Of a stretch of 64,000 nucleotides of DNA, positions 54,108 to 62,447 are shown piece by piece. Position 1 is the first letter of the stretch; every line of letters starts with the position of its first letter. The DNA is from an uncultured Candidatus Saccharibacteria bacterium. Lineage in GTDB: Bacteria > Patescibacteriota > Saccharimonadia > Saccharimonadales > AWTP1-31. The notes under the pieces were generated by a model. It was not told where the DNA came from. It saw only the letters and a list, made by a program, of their open reading frames with translations, and ran no database searches. Both the position numbers and the translations under genes were made by a program. The DNA lies in the NCBI GenBank assembly GCA_964536985.1, contig CAZIBG010000001.1, forward strand, positions 49,017 to 113,016, written 5' to 3'.

Positions 54108-54863
54108 TTAGGCTACAAGAGCACTGATATTTTCTGCTTCGCGCTTAAGCACTTCGTCCACTTGCATATATCCGCCATCCACATTCATTGTTATCCCCGA
54201 CACAAAGCTAGCCGCAGACGAAAGAAGAAAACTAACGACACTAGCAATCTCTGCCGGTTCTGCATTTCTGCCCAAAGGAGTCTTTGCTACTGCTTCAGCA
54301 GTTACCCCGCTCGCCTCAGTGCCCATGGCCGTGTTAACCCAACCTGGGGCGACGGCATTTACTCGGATATTTCTATGCCCCAGTTGGACGGCCAAACTTT
54401 TTACAAAGCTATCAAGGGCTGCTTTACTAGCCGCATAAGTTGTACTGGCGTAGCCGCCAGTTTGGGCATCGGTACTGGTAACTACCACCACTGCACCACC
54501 GTCATTAATCATGCTAGAAAGTCTGCCAATTAAGTACATTGGCACCAGGGCGTTCACCCTAAAAGCCCACTCCAACTTACTCGCATCAACAGTACTCATA
54601 TCTTCTTCTTGAAATATACCGGCATTTTGAACAATGGCATCAAACCGATTACCTGAAAGGTCAGTCAGTAGGTTATCCACCTGCTTATAGTCGCCAAGAT
54701 CGCACTCATGGATCTGATAGCCCTTAGACTGGGCAAGATCCTCTGCGGCGCAACAATTCGGGCTATGTAATCCGTAGATCTCATAGCCCTGTTCATGGAG
54801 ATTCTCGGCAATAGCACGGCCGATACCCCTACATATTCCCGTTACCAATGCTTTCTTTTGCAT
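54108..54863 (-). CDS. short-chain dehydrogenase/reductase (SDR)
   Basis: TGICRGIGRAIA cofactor motif, NAG, catalytic YAASKAAL. Confidence 0.85.
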   Translation of the reverse strand: MQKKALVTGICRGIGRAIAENLHEQGYEIYGLHSPNCCAAEDLAQSKGYQIHECDLGDYKQVDNLLTDLSGNRFDAIVQNAGIFQEEDMSTVDASKLEWAFRVNALVPMYLIGRLSSMINDGGAVVVVTSTDAQTGGYASTTYAASKAALDSFVKSLAVQLGHRNIRVNAVAPGWVNTAMGTEASGVTAEAVAKTPLGRNAEPAEIASVVSFLLSSAASFVSGITMNVDGGYMQVDEVLKREAENISALVA

Positions 54864-54926
54864 GTACCCATTTTATTTTATTACTGTTTTATTGTAAAAT
54901 ATGTGTCCAAAAATACGGACAACTAC

Positions 54927-54935
54927 TGATATACT
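54927..54935 (+). promoter_or_regulatory. extended -10 TGATATACT, 6 nt upstream of ATG 54942
   Basis: tgatatact then tatgtt then ATG. Preceded by inverted repeat TGTCC-N8-GGACA (54904-54921). Confidence 0.45.
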
Positions 54936-54941
54936 TATGTT

Positions 54942-55733
54942 ATGACTACCGAAGAACTTACGCTCACTTCCTATCTAATCAACGTTGGATTATCTAAGAA
55001 TGCCGCGAAGTCATACGTTATCCTTTATAAGCTAGGTCCTGCCTCGGCATTACAGCTGTGTCGTAAAACGGGGCTAAGCAGAACTCAGACATATCGTTGT
55101 CTGGAAGAGTTAGAAATTCAAGCACTTGTAAGCTCCGAGCAACTTTCGTACGGAACCATCTACACTGCTCTTCCGCTCTCCGAAATCGAAGGCCTGTTAT
55201 CTTCCAGAGAAGCGGAAACCGCCAAACTCAAGAACAACCTCGGCTCGATGGTAGCATTAGCCCAAAGCTACATTGGTGCTGGAAAGTCGGATGAGGTAAA
55301 GGTTAGACATTACTACGGCATTGCAGGTATTAAACAGGTGAACTGGAATCTTACTCGTGCCGAGAAAGAATACTTTGTGCTTGAGATGTCACACGTAACA
55401 GATCACTTTGATCAAACTTTTGGCAAGCGCTACCGAGAACGAATGCTAGAGCGCGGGATCATCTCTCATGATCTAACCAACTCAACGGCAGTGACCTATG
55501 AGGAACTCGCTCCAGCAGATTTAACAAAAGTCCACTATCGACATATAGACCCTAAAATCCTGGCCATCAACTACGAAATGTACATCTATAACGATGTCGT
55601 TACCCTTATCGATTACGATATCGACGCTAGCTGGGCGATAGAAATACACCACGCTGGGCTCAACACCATGATGCGCCAGATATATACTGCCCTGTGGTCA
55701 CTGGGCAAGCCGATCAAGATATCTGATCGGTAG
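54942..55733 (+). CDS. TrmB-like winged-helix transcriptional regulator (paralog 1)
   Basis: N-terminal wHTH (LSKNAAKSYVILYKLGPASALQLCRKTGLSRTQTYRCLEELE) plus a ~150-aa C-terminal domain shared with the next two genes. Confidence 0.7.
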   Translation: MTTEELTLTSYLINVGLSKNAAKSYVILYKLGPASALQLCRKTGLSRTQTYRCLEELEIQALVSSEQLSYGTIYTALPLSEIEGLLSSREAETAKLKNNLGSMVALAQSYIGAGKSDEVKVRHYYGIAGIKQVNWNLTRAEKEYFVLEMSHVTDHFDQTFGKRYRERMLERGIISHDLTNSTAVTYEELAPADLTKVHYRHIDPKILAINYEMYIYNDVVTLIDYDIDASWAIEIHHAGLNTMMRQIYTALWSLGKPIKISDR

Positions 55734-56514
55734 TGATTTGTTGGGCCTGGTTCCAGAGCAGATCGAAGACCTGCACCTGCTGATCTGCCATATTCTGATT
55801 GTAGATCTCAACGCCCAATATGTCGCCGGCTTCGTAGTTAAACAACGCCACGCAGTTGTTGTATATTGTCATCTCAAAGGCGATCTTGAATACCTCCGGT
55901 GAGATGTACCGTATGTTGAAGTATTTCTTATCCCATACCGATTTGGCTTCTTCACCTCGTTGGGGGTTGTTGGTAAGGTCATAACTAGTGATCTTATTAT
56001 CAATTTGTCGATCATAAAACTTATTATCAAAGTGTTGGCCTAGGTGCCCCGTTAATCGGCTAAGTTCGAAGGTCCGGTACTCGCCCTTTGCCTTCCCTAC
56101 ATTCCAGTTCATCTGCTTTAAACCGTCGACTCCATGGTATTCAATTATCTTTGAGCTTGTGGGGGCATTTAGCTGCATCCCTTTTAGGGCATTAGTAACA
56201 GATCCGAGGCTAGTTCGTAATTGTTCTGCTTTACTCTCGTGTTCGCTTACCAAGAATTCCAACACTTCAGGACGTTGGGCCTCGTATGTCTGGCCGTAAT
56301 GTCGCTCCCGAATTGTTATCAATTGCTTAGCGGCCAGCTTCTCCAGTACGGGATACAGTTTGGTGCGTCCTGTCTTGAGGCCTCTACTAATTGCCAGTAC
56401 AGACTGTCCCCCATTTTGTAGCAGAAATATGTAGATCTGTGCTTCTAATCCATCAAGCCCGAGATGCTTAAGATACCCGATCACCTTTTTCTGGACTTCA
56501 ATACTCTGCTTCAT
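55714..56514 (-). CDS. TrmB-like winged-helix transcriptional regulator (paralog 2)
   Basis: LDGLEAQIYIFLLQNGGQSVLAISRGLKTGRTKLYPVLEKLA. The C-terminal domain aligns with paralog 1 (GLKQMNWN.., DLTNN, IYNNCVAL). 3' ends overlap by 20 nt. Confidence 0.7.
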   Translation of the reverse strand: MKQSIEVQKKVIGYLKHLGLDGLEAQIYIFLLQNGGQSVLAISRGLKTGRTKLYPVLEKLAAKQLITIRERHYGQTYEAQRPEVLEFLVSEHESKAEQLRTSLGSVTNALKGMQLNAPTSSKIIEYHGVDGLKQMNWNVGKAKGEYRTFELSRLTGHLGQHFDNKFYDRQIDNKITSYDLTNNPQRGEEAKSVWDKKYFNIRYISPEVFKIAFEMTIYNNCVALFNYEAGDILGVEIYNQNMADQQVQVFDLLWNQAQQITTDQIS

Positions 56515-56539
56515 GCCGTTAGTATATATCTTGAATGTC

Positions 56540-56553
56540 TGTCTGGCCAGACA
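56540..56553. promoter_or_regulatory. perfect 14-bp palindrome TGTCTGGCCAGACA (candidate operator)
   Basis: Self-complementary; sits in the 79-bp divergent region between paralog 2 and the SRPBCC-fusion gene, 5 bp upstream of the latter's -35. Confidence 0.45.
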
Positions 56554-56558
56554 ACATT

Positions 56559-56587
56559 TTTACATAAGCGTCTCCGTTTCGTATACT
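56559..56587 (+). promoter_or_regulatory. promoter TTTACA-17-TATACT, 6 nt upstream of ATG 56594
   Basis: tttaca (56559-56564), 17 nt, tatact (56582-56587), ttcccc, then ATG; no SD. Confidence 0.5.
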
Positions 56588-56593
56588 TTCCCC

Positions 56594-57433
56594 ATGACAA
56601 ATCCCACCATACACAAGTCAAACAGTATTAAAGATATTATCGAGATAACTAAACGATCCACACAGACAAACGATGTTGTTAGAATAAGTGAGCTAAGTTC
56701 CCTGGGAGATATCATCCCAATTAAAACTGCTGAGTCATTCCGCCGCGAATGGCTCCGCAATGAAGTATCCATCAGACAGCTCACGAACAAGCGAAGCTTT
56801 GAACAATGGACAGAGGTAAACGGATTTGTCGATGCCTGCATGGATGTTAAGTATGTTCCTGGCGATATTCTACCTATACATACCGAGGTGCTGGTCTTTG
56901 ATGATGTGGTTGCCTTCTACCGCGTTGAGCCCGAAGTATCAGTAGTAATTATTGAGGACACAGCTGTTGCCCAGCAGCAAAAAGCCTACTTTGATAGCTT
57001 CTGGTGTATTGCTAACACCTTGTCTCTGCGAGCCGATGGAAGCACAACATATGCCGTAACAATAAAACGCTCTCCCAAAGATGTTTTCGCATTCATATCC
57101 GATCTGAGCAATTGGCCACTTTTTAGCGACTTTGCTGCAGATTTTGAACGAGTAACTGACGAAGAATATATTGCCCACTCCTCACAGGGGGATATTAGAG
57201 TATTAGCCAAGTTCGATACCGAGCGAATGTTGCTTGATACCGAGTGCATACTACCTGACGGTACTTCAGATTTTATCCCCTACCGTGTAGTGCCAAATAA
57301 AGATGGAGCAGAGTTGATGATGACCAACTTTAAACCGCGCAATGCAACGAAAGCCGAATACGAAGAACAATTGGAGTGGATGAACATTGAACTCAAGCGG
57401 GCTAAAGAACTGCTTGAAAAGAAGGCAAAATAA
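56594..57433 (+). CDS. HTH-less TrmB-C-terminal-like domain fused to SRPBCC (START/polyketide-cyclase-like) ligand-binding domain
   Basis: The N-terminal half aligns to the C-terminal domain of the two TrmB-like paralogs (ELS..F..W/YL....I..LTN; VLVFDDVVAFY; FDSFW). The C-terminal half (VTIKRSPKDVFAFISDLSNWPLF...) is SRPBCC-like. Start moved to 56594. Confidence 0.55.
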   Translation: MTNPTIHKSNSIKDIIEITKRSTQTNDVVRISELSSLGDIIPIKTAESFRREWLRNEVSIRQLTNKRSFEQWTEVNGFVDACMDVKYVPGDILPIHTEVLVFDDVVAFYRVEPEVSVVIIEDTAVAQQQKAYFDSFWCIANTLSLRADGSTTYAVTIKRSPKDVFAFISDLSNWPLFSDFAADFERVTDEEYIAHSSQGDIRVLAKFDTERMLLDTECILPDGTSDFIPYRVVPNKDGAELMMTNFKPRNATKAEYEEQLEWMNIELKRAKELLEKKAK

Positions 57434-57461
57434 AAGAACCAGGGCTAAACCTGGTTCTTTT
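57432..57461. terminator. bidirectional terminator between the SRPBCC-fusion gene and nrdJ
   Basis: AAAAGAACCAGG-gctaaa-CCTGGTTCTTTT: perfect 12-bp stem between convergent genes. Confidence 0.75.
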
Positions 57462-57476
57462 ACGTACTGCAACTGG

Positions 57477-60233
57477 CTAGCTACAGCCGGTGGTCGAACC
57501 ACAAGCCGTACAGACATAGCAGCTACCTGCTCGCTGAGTCTGATTGCCGCAGCTGTAACAGAGTGGCGCTGTGTCGTCGGAAGTCTTCTTTGAAGAAGGC
57601 TTTTCGACTGACGGTGCGTTGTCCTGTACCTGTGCTGCAGCCTGGACTGGCTCGCTCTTCACGATCTCGGCCAAGGCAGGCTGATCGAGTAAGCTAGTCT
57701 GCTCATCTGGCATGTCATCTAGGTCTGCAAGGCCAAGCTCAAGACGATCGTCAAAGCTCAGATAGTCCAAGGCTAGTCGGCGAATGATGTAGTCAGTGAT
57801 TGAACTTGCTGTTCGGATCTCTGCATCATCAGTTATGCCAGCTGGCGCGAAGCTTGTGCCGCGCAACGTCTTTACGTAACTCTTTAGAGGCACCCCGTAC
57901 TGCAAGCCATGACTAACACTAATGGCGAAGGAATCCATCAAACCAGATAGAGTTGAGCCCTGCTTAGAGACGTTGATGAATAGTTCGCCAGGAGTTCCAT
58001 CTTCGTATTCACTGACCGTGAAGAATCCACTAAGGTCGGAGATGTGGAACTTGTAGGTGCTACTCTTGCGTCGCTTTGGAAGCATTCGGCGAACAGTGCC
58101 CTTTACAATAATTTTATCTTCGATGGACTTAGCTGGCGCGTCTTCGCTACCCTCTTTTTTAGCCATGCTGAGTGGCTGGCCAACCTTACAGTTGTCGCGG
58201 TACACGGCAACGGCTTTGAGGCCCATTTCCCAAGCGTCCATGTGGAGCTGTTCGATATCTTCGACACTTGCCTCTTCTGGCATGTTGACAGTCTTGCTGA
58301 TTGCGCCAGATAGGAATGGCTGGACAGCTGACATCATCTTAACGTGGCCAAGGTAGTGAATGGAGTTGTCGCCCATAGAACATGCGAATACTGCTTTGTG
58401 CTCGTCCTTTAGATGAGGAGCGCCAATAATTGTCTTCTCGACATCGATGTAAGCTACGATTTCGTCGGCTTGTTTCTTAGTGTAACCAAGAGCGTCGAGT
58501 GCACGAGGCACTGTCTGGTTAACAATATGCATTGTTCCACCACCGACAAGCTTCTTGACCTTAACAAGGCCGAGATCTGGCTCAATTCCCGTAGTGTCAC
58601 AGTCCATCATTAATCCTATGGTTCCAGTTGGAGCCAAAACGCTGGCTTGTGCGTTACGTACGCCGTACAACTGTCCAAACTCTACTGCCTCGTCCCACGC
58701 TGTTGCAGCGGCGCTGAGTAGGTCTTCGGCGACCATGCTGGCGTCGATGTGCGACACAGCTTCGCGGTGCATCTTTAGAACCTTGATCATGCCTTCTTGG
58801 TCTTTATGGTAGCCAGCAAATGGTCCAACTCGACGAGCAAGCTTAGCGCTGGTAGCGTAGCTATGGCCTGTTAGGATGGCGGTAATTGCGGCTGCAATTG
58901 CTCGGCCTTCTTCGGAATCGTATGGAAGACCCATAGCCATCAGAAGCGCACCAAGGTTAGCATAGCCAATTCCAAGTTCGCGGTAAGCCTTAGCGTTCTT
59001 GGTGATGTTTTCTGTTGGGTATTCCGAGTAGCCTACGAGGATTTCCTGGGCGGTGAAGATTAGCTCAACAGTGTGACGGAAGGCTTCGATGTCAAAGCTG
59101 TGATCGTCATTGAGATAGCGAAGCAAGTTGATACTGGCAAGGTTACAGGCCGAGTTATCAAGGTGCATGTATTCGCTACATGGATTACTACCATTGATGC
59201 GTCCAGCGTTTGGCGAGGTGTGCCACTTATTGATAGTAGTGTCGAACTGCATACCAGGATCAGCACATTCCCAAGCTGCTTCAGCAATCTGTCGGAACAG
59301 TTCACGAGCCTTGATAGTCTTGACAGTCTTACCGCTTGTGACTGCTTTAAGATCCCAGTCACCGTCTTCTTTAACGGCCTGCATAAATTCATCCGTTACA
59401 CGGACTGAGTTGTTAGCGTTCTGGTACTGAACAGAGAAGATATCTTTGCCGTCGAGGCTCATATCAAATCCAGCAGCTTGCAAGACATGCGCTTTGCGCT
59501 CTTCGATTGCCTTAGCCCAGATGAACTCTTCGACATCCGGGTGATCAGCATTTAAGATAACCATCTTAGCGGCACGACGGGTTTTACCGCCACTCTTAAT
59601 CGCACCAGCTGAGGAGTCAGCACCGCGCATAAAACTCATTGGACCAGAAGCTGTTCCTGCACTCTTGCCAAGCGGTTCAACTGATGAGCGGATATTGCTA
59701 AGGTTAATTCCTGAGCCGGATCCACCCTTGAAGATCATTCCCTCTTCTTTATACCAGTTAAGGATGGCTGGCATAGTGTCGTCTACGGCCAAGATGAAAC
59801 AAGCACTGGCTTGCTGGGATCGTTCTGGCGCACCAATGTTAAACCAAACTGGTGAGTTAAAAGCAGCACGCTGTGTTGCGAGAACGTACTTAAGTTCTTC
59901 CTTGTAGTCTTCTGCTTCGGCATCGCTCTCGAAGTAACCTTCTTGCAAGCCATGACGAGTAACAGTGTCGACAACGCGGTTAATCAGGTCGCGCAGTGAG
60001 GTTTCGCGCTCTGAGGTTCCGGGTGTACCAGTGAAGTATTTCTGGGCAACAATGTTAATTGCATTTAACGACCAGCCTACTGGAAACTCGACGTCTTTTT
60101 GTTCAAAGACAGGCTTTCCAGTCCCTGGATTCGTGATAATTGAATCTGTTTTTATCCACTCTAGAGCGTCATAGCCCTTTGTGCCCGGCTGCGTAAACAG
60201 GCGACGCTGCCCCAGGATTGTTGTTTGTCCCAT
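57477..60233 (-). CDS. nrdJ: class II (adenosylcobalamin-dependent) ribonucleotide reductase NrdJ with C-terminal Cys-rich tail
   Basis: NAINIVAQKYF, NPCSEYMHLDNSACNLASINL, and C-terminal CYSCGNQTQRAGSCYVCTACGSTTGC. Start placed at ATG 60231-60233 with GAGGGG upstream. Confidence 0.9.
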   Translation of the reverse strand: MGQTTILGQRRLFTQPGTKGYDALEWIKTDSIITNPGTGKPVFEQKDVEFPVGWSLNAINIVAQKYFTGTPGTSERETSLRDLINRVVDTVTRHGLQEGYFESDAEAEDYKEELKYVLATQRAAFNSPVWFNIGAPERSQQASACFILAVDDTMPAILNWYKEEGMIFKGGSGSGINLSNIRSSVEPLGKSAGTASGPMSFMRGADSSAGAIKSGGKTRRAAKMVILNADHPDVEEFIWAKAIEERKAHVLQAAGFDMSLDGKDIFSVQYQNANNSVRVTDEFMQAVKEDGDWDLKAVTSGKTVKTIKARELFRQIAEAAWECADPGMQFDTTINKWHTSPNAGRINGSNPCSEYMHLDNSACNLASINLLRYLNDDHSFDIEAFRHTVELIFTAQEILVGYSEYPTENITKNAKAYRELGIGYANLGALLMAMGLPYDSEEGRAIAAAITAILTGHSYATSAKLARRVGPFAGYHKDQEGMIKVLKMHREAVSHIDASMVAEDLLSAAATAWDEAVEFGQLYGVRNAQASVLAPTGTIGLMMDCDTTGIEPDLGLVKVKKLVGGGTMHIVNQTVPRALDALGYTKKQADEIVAYIDVEKTIIGAPHLKDEHKAVFACSMGDNSIHYLGHVKMMSAVQPFLSGAISKTVNMPEEASVEDIEQLHMDAWEMGLKAVAVYRDNCKVGQPLSMAKKEGSEDAPAKSIEDKIIVKGTVRRMLPKRRKSSTYKFHISDLSGFFTVSEYEDGTPGELFINVSKQGSTLSGLMDSFAISVSHGLQYGVPLKSYVKTLRGTSFAPAGITDDAEIRTASSITDYIIRRLALDYLSFDDRLELGLADLDDMPDEQTSLLDQPALAEIVKSEPVQAAAQVQDNAPSVEKPSSKKTSDDTAPLCYSCGNQTQRAGSCYVCTACGSTTGCS

Positions 60234-60414
60234 ACTACCCCTCACTTATATTGTTTATTGATAATTTTTGTTAGAGTGTGCAGTCACGCGTCTCTCGCAG
60301 TTACGTGACTTGCTGCGCTCCCCTCCAGCACCCTCATGCTTGAAGTAGGATTTCATTGTCCCACTAATGAGTGCCGTAGGCGAGCCGTCAAATTTACAAT
60401 CTTGCTCGCAAAAT

Positions 60415-60885
60415 CTATTTGACGGAGCTGGTTCGTTGGTCCCGAATCTGTGACAATTCTTTTTCAAATCCAGCTATATCGGTGAAGCGTCGATAGACAC
60501 TTGCAAAGCGTACGTAGGCTACATCGTCAAGTTGAGCCAAGCGGTCCATGACCATTTGCCCCAATTTAGATGTTGGCACTTCGCCGTCGCCACAATCATA
60601 GAGTTCTTGCTCTACCTGAGAAACCAACCTATCAAGGTCAAGATTAGTTACCGCAGTCTTTTCACATGCCCGGTATAAACCAGATAGCAATTTCTCGCGG
60701 TTAAACATTTCTCGAACTCCGTTGTTTTTGATAACCACTAGTTGTGGTCGTTCAAGACGTTCGTAGGTGGTGAATCGGTATTCGCAGGATAAGCAGGCCC
60801 GTCGTCGCCGTATGGCTTCGCCGTCTGCTACATCTCGAGATTCTATAACTTTGGTATCTGCCTTTTGGCATTGGCTACACTTCAT
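60415..60885 (-). CDS. nrdR: transcriptional repressor NrdR
   Basis: Zinc ribbon MKCSQCQ...CLSCEYRFTTYE plus an ATP-cone. Confidence 0.9.
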   Translation of the reverse strand: MKCSQCQKADTKVIESRDVADGEAIRRRRACLSCEYRFTTYERLERPQLVVIKNNGVREMFNREKLLSGLYRACEKTAVTNLDLDRLVSQVEQELYDCGDGEVPTSKLGQMVMDRLAQLDDVAYVRFASVYRRFTDIAGFEKELSQIRDQRTSSVK

Positions 60886-60930
60886 TTCACCTCTTTCTGT
60901 TCCCTCTAAAGTACTATATCGCCACTCATA

Positions 60931-60946
60931 TCACTATATATAGCGT
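60931..60946. promoter_or_regulatory. NrdR-box-like palindrome TCACTATATATAGCGT
   Basis: 13/14 match of the core CACTATATATAGCG to the remembered NrdR-box core CACTATATATAGTG; 46-61 bp upstream of the nrdR ATG. Confidence 0.4.
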
Positions 60947-61026
60947 ATATGCTTATAAGCATAACCCCATGTGTAGTGTTTTTCAAGTTTACACATGCTG
61001 TATTATTTAATACAGAATGATCCACT

Positions 61027-62310
61027 CTACCCCTTATTTTCGTCCTGTGAGTCTGATTCTTTGTTGCGACGATTCTTTAAACGTCGTAAGAACGAAGGCT
61101 TTTCAAGTTCGTCTTGTTCTTGTTCCATGTCACTTGCCGACGGTTGATCATGTTGCTGTTCTTCCTGCTGATCGATAGACCAGATATTGGGGATGTTTGG
61201 TTCTGAGTGAAATGACGATTCTTCCCGCTCTTTATCGACACCAAGATCCATATTTATATTTGGTACATCTTCGATCTCTTGTTTCTGTTCTTCCTGCTGA
61301 TCAATGGGGTCTAATGAGGTAGTCACTAATGGCTGAGGGGACTGCTTAGTGAAGTAAGTTGCATCAAATCCAGTGGCCACGACAGTAATAATTATCTCGT
61401 CTTCAAGATCGGGATTAATGGTCGCCCCAAAGATAATGTTGGCGTCTGGGTCGGCGGCTGCGGTGATAGTTTCGGCTGCCGTATTGATTTCGTGCATCGA
61501 AATGTCGTTTCCACCAATAACATTGAATAGTACGCCCCGTGCGCCATCGATTGAAACCTCGAGTAATGGGGATTCGATGGCCTGCTGAGCTGCTTGAATG
61601 GCACGGTTTTCACCGCGTGCCCGTCCAATGCCCATCAGAGCAGAACCGGCGTTGCTCATCACCGTCTTGACGTCGGCGAAGTCGAGGTTAATAAGGCCAT
61701 GTACGGTAATAAGATCAGAAATACCCTGAACGCCTTGTCTTAGGACATCATCAGCAACTTTAAATGCTTCCATGAGAGGAGTTTGTCGATCAATAGTCTG
61801 AAGTAGTCGATCGTTCGGAATAATAATAAGCGTATCAACTGCATCACGGAGATTATTAATAGCGATCTCGGCATTACGTCGTCGCTTCTCGCCTTCAAAG
61901 GCAAATGGCTTAGTTGCAAAGCCCACCACCAAAATGCCTTGCTCTCGGGCGGCTTGTGCGACAACATGGCCGGCTCCACTACCCGTTCCACCGCCAGCAC
62001 CGATAGTCACAAATACCATGTCGGCACCTTCGATAGCCTTTTTAATATCCTCTAGTGATTCTTTGGCGGCACTCTCGCCAACGCTAGGATTAGCGCCGGC
62101 TCCCAGACCACGGGTTGTATCTTTGCCGATGTGGATTTTGGTTGTTGCTTTGGAGTAGTGGAGCGCCTGTGAGTCGGTGTTAACAACAATAAACTCTACA
62201 CCGTCAACACCTGCGTCAATCATGCGATTGACAGCTGCGCCACCTGCTCCGCCTACGCCAACAACTTTTATGCGTGCGAACGTTTCTATAGCTGGTGCAA
62301 CTTGTGGCAT
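61027..62310 (-). CDS. ftsZ: cell division GTPase FtsZ
   Basis: [28 protein letters not shown]. Long acidic C-terminal linker with duplicated IDQQEEQ, and a C-terminal PSFLRRLK peptide. Confidence 0.95.
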   Translation of the reverse strand: MPQVAPAIETFARIKVVGVGGAGGAAVNRMIDAGVDGVEFIVVNTDSQALHYSKATTKIHIGKDTTRGLGAGANPSVGESAAKESLEDIKKAIEGADMVFVTIGAGGGTGSGAGHVVAQAAREQGILVVGFATKPFAFEGEKRRRNAEIAINNLRDAVDTLIIIPNDRLLQTIDRQTPLMEAFKVADDVLRQGVQGISDLITVHGLINLDFADVKTVMSNAGSALMGIGRARGENRAIQAAQQAIESPLLEVSIDGARGVLFNVIGGNDISMHEINTAAETITAAADPDANIIFGATINPDLEDEIIITVVATGFDATYFTKQSPQPLVTTSLDPIDQQEEQKQEIEDVPNINMDLGVDKEREESSFHSEPNIPNIWSIDQQEEQQHDQPSASDMEQEQDELEKPSFLRRLKNRRNKESDSQDENKG

Positions 62311-62447
62311 TCTTTACCCCTCTGGACTCATTCTTTAATGATTAAAAGTATACTGCATTACTTTGTTGGTATCAATGAACAAACCTGTTTTACAAGCCCG
62401 GCTCCAAGCTTTTGGCCTGACATAACTTATGTGCGCAGAACAGTAAA

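Noticed and set aside
60234-60414. Calling the nrdR-nrdJ spacer a cobalamin riboswitch
   Set aside because: Only short islands match (GGGA..UGAAAUCC, CGCAGC..GUAA). The GCCACUG and B12-box elements are missing and the element is too short. B12-mediated repression of the B12-dependent RNR makes little sense. I report it only as an unclassified structured spacer.
60255-60467. 70-aa minus-strand ORF overlapping the nrdR 3' end and the spacer
   Set aside because: It starts inside nrdR in another frame, has no SD, and has a basic low-complexity composition. It is more likely a by-product of the GC-rich structured RNA. It remains mentioned as an alternative in the spacer finding.
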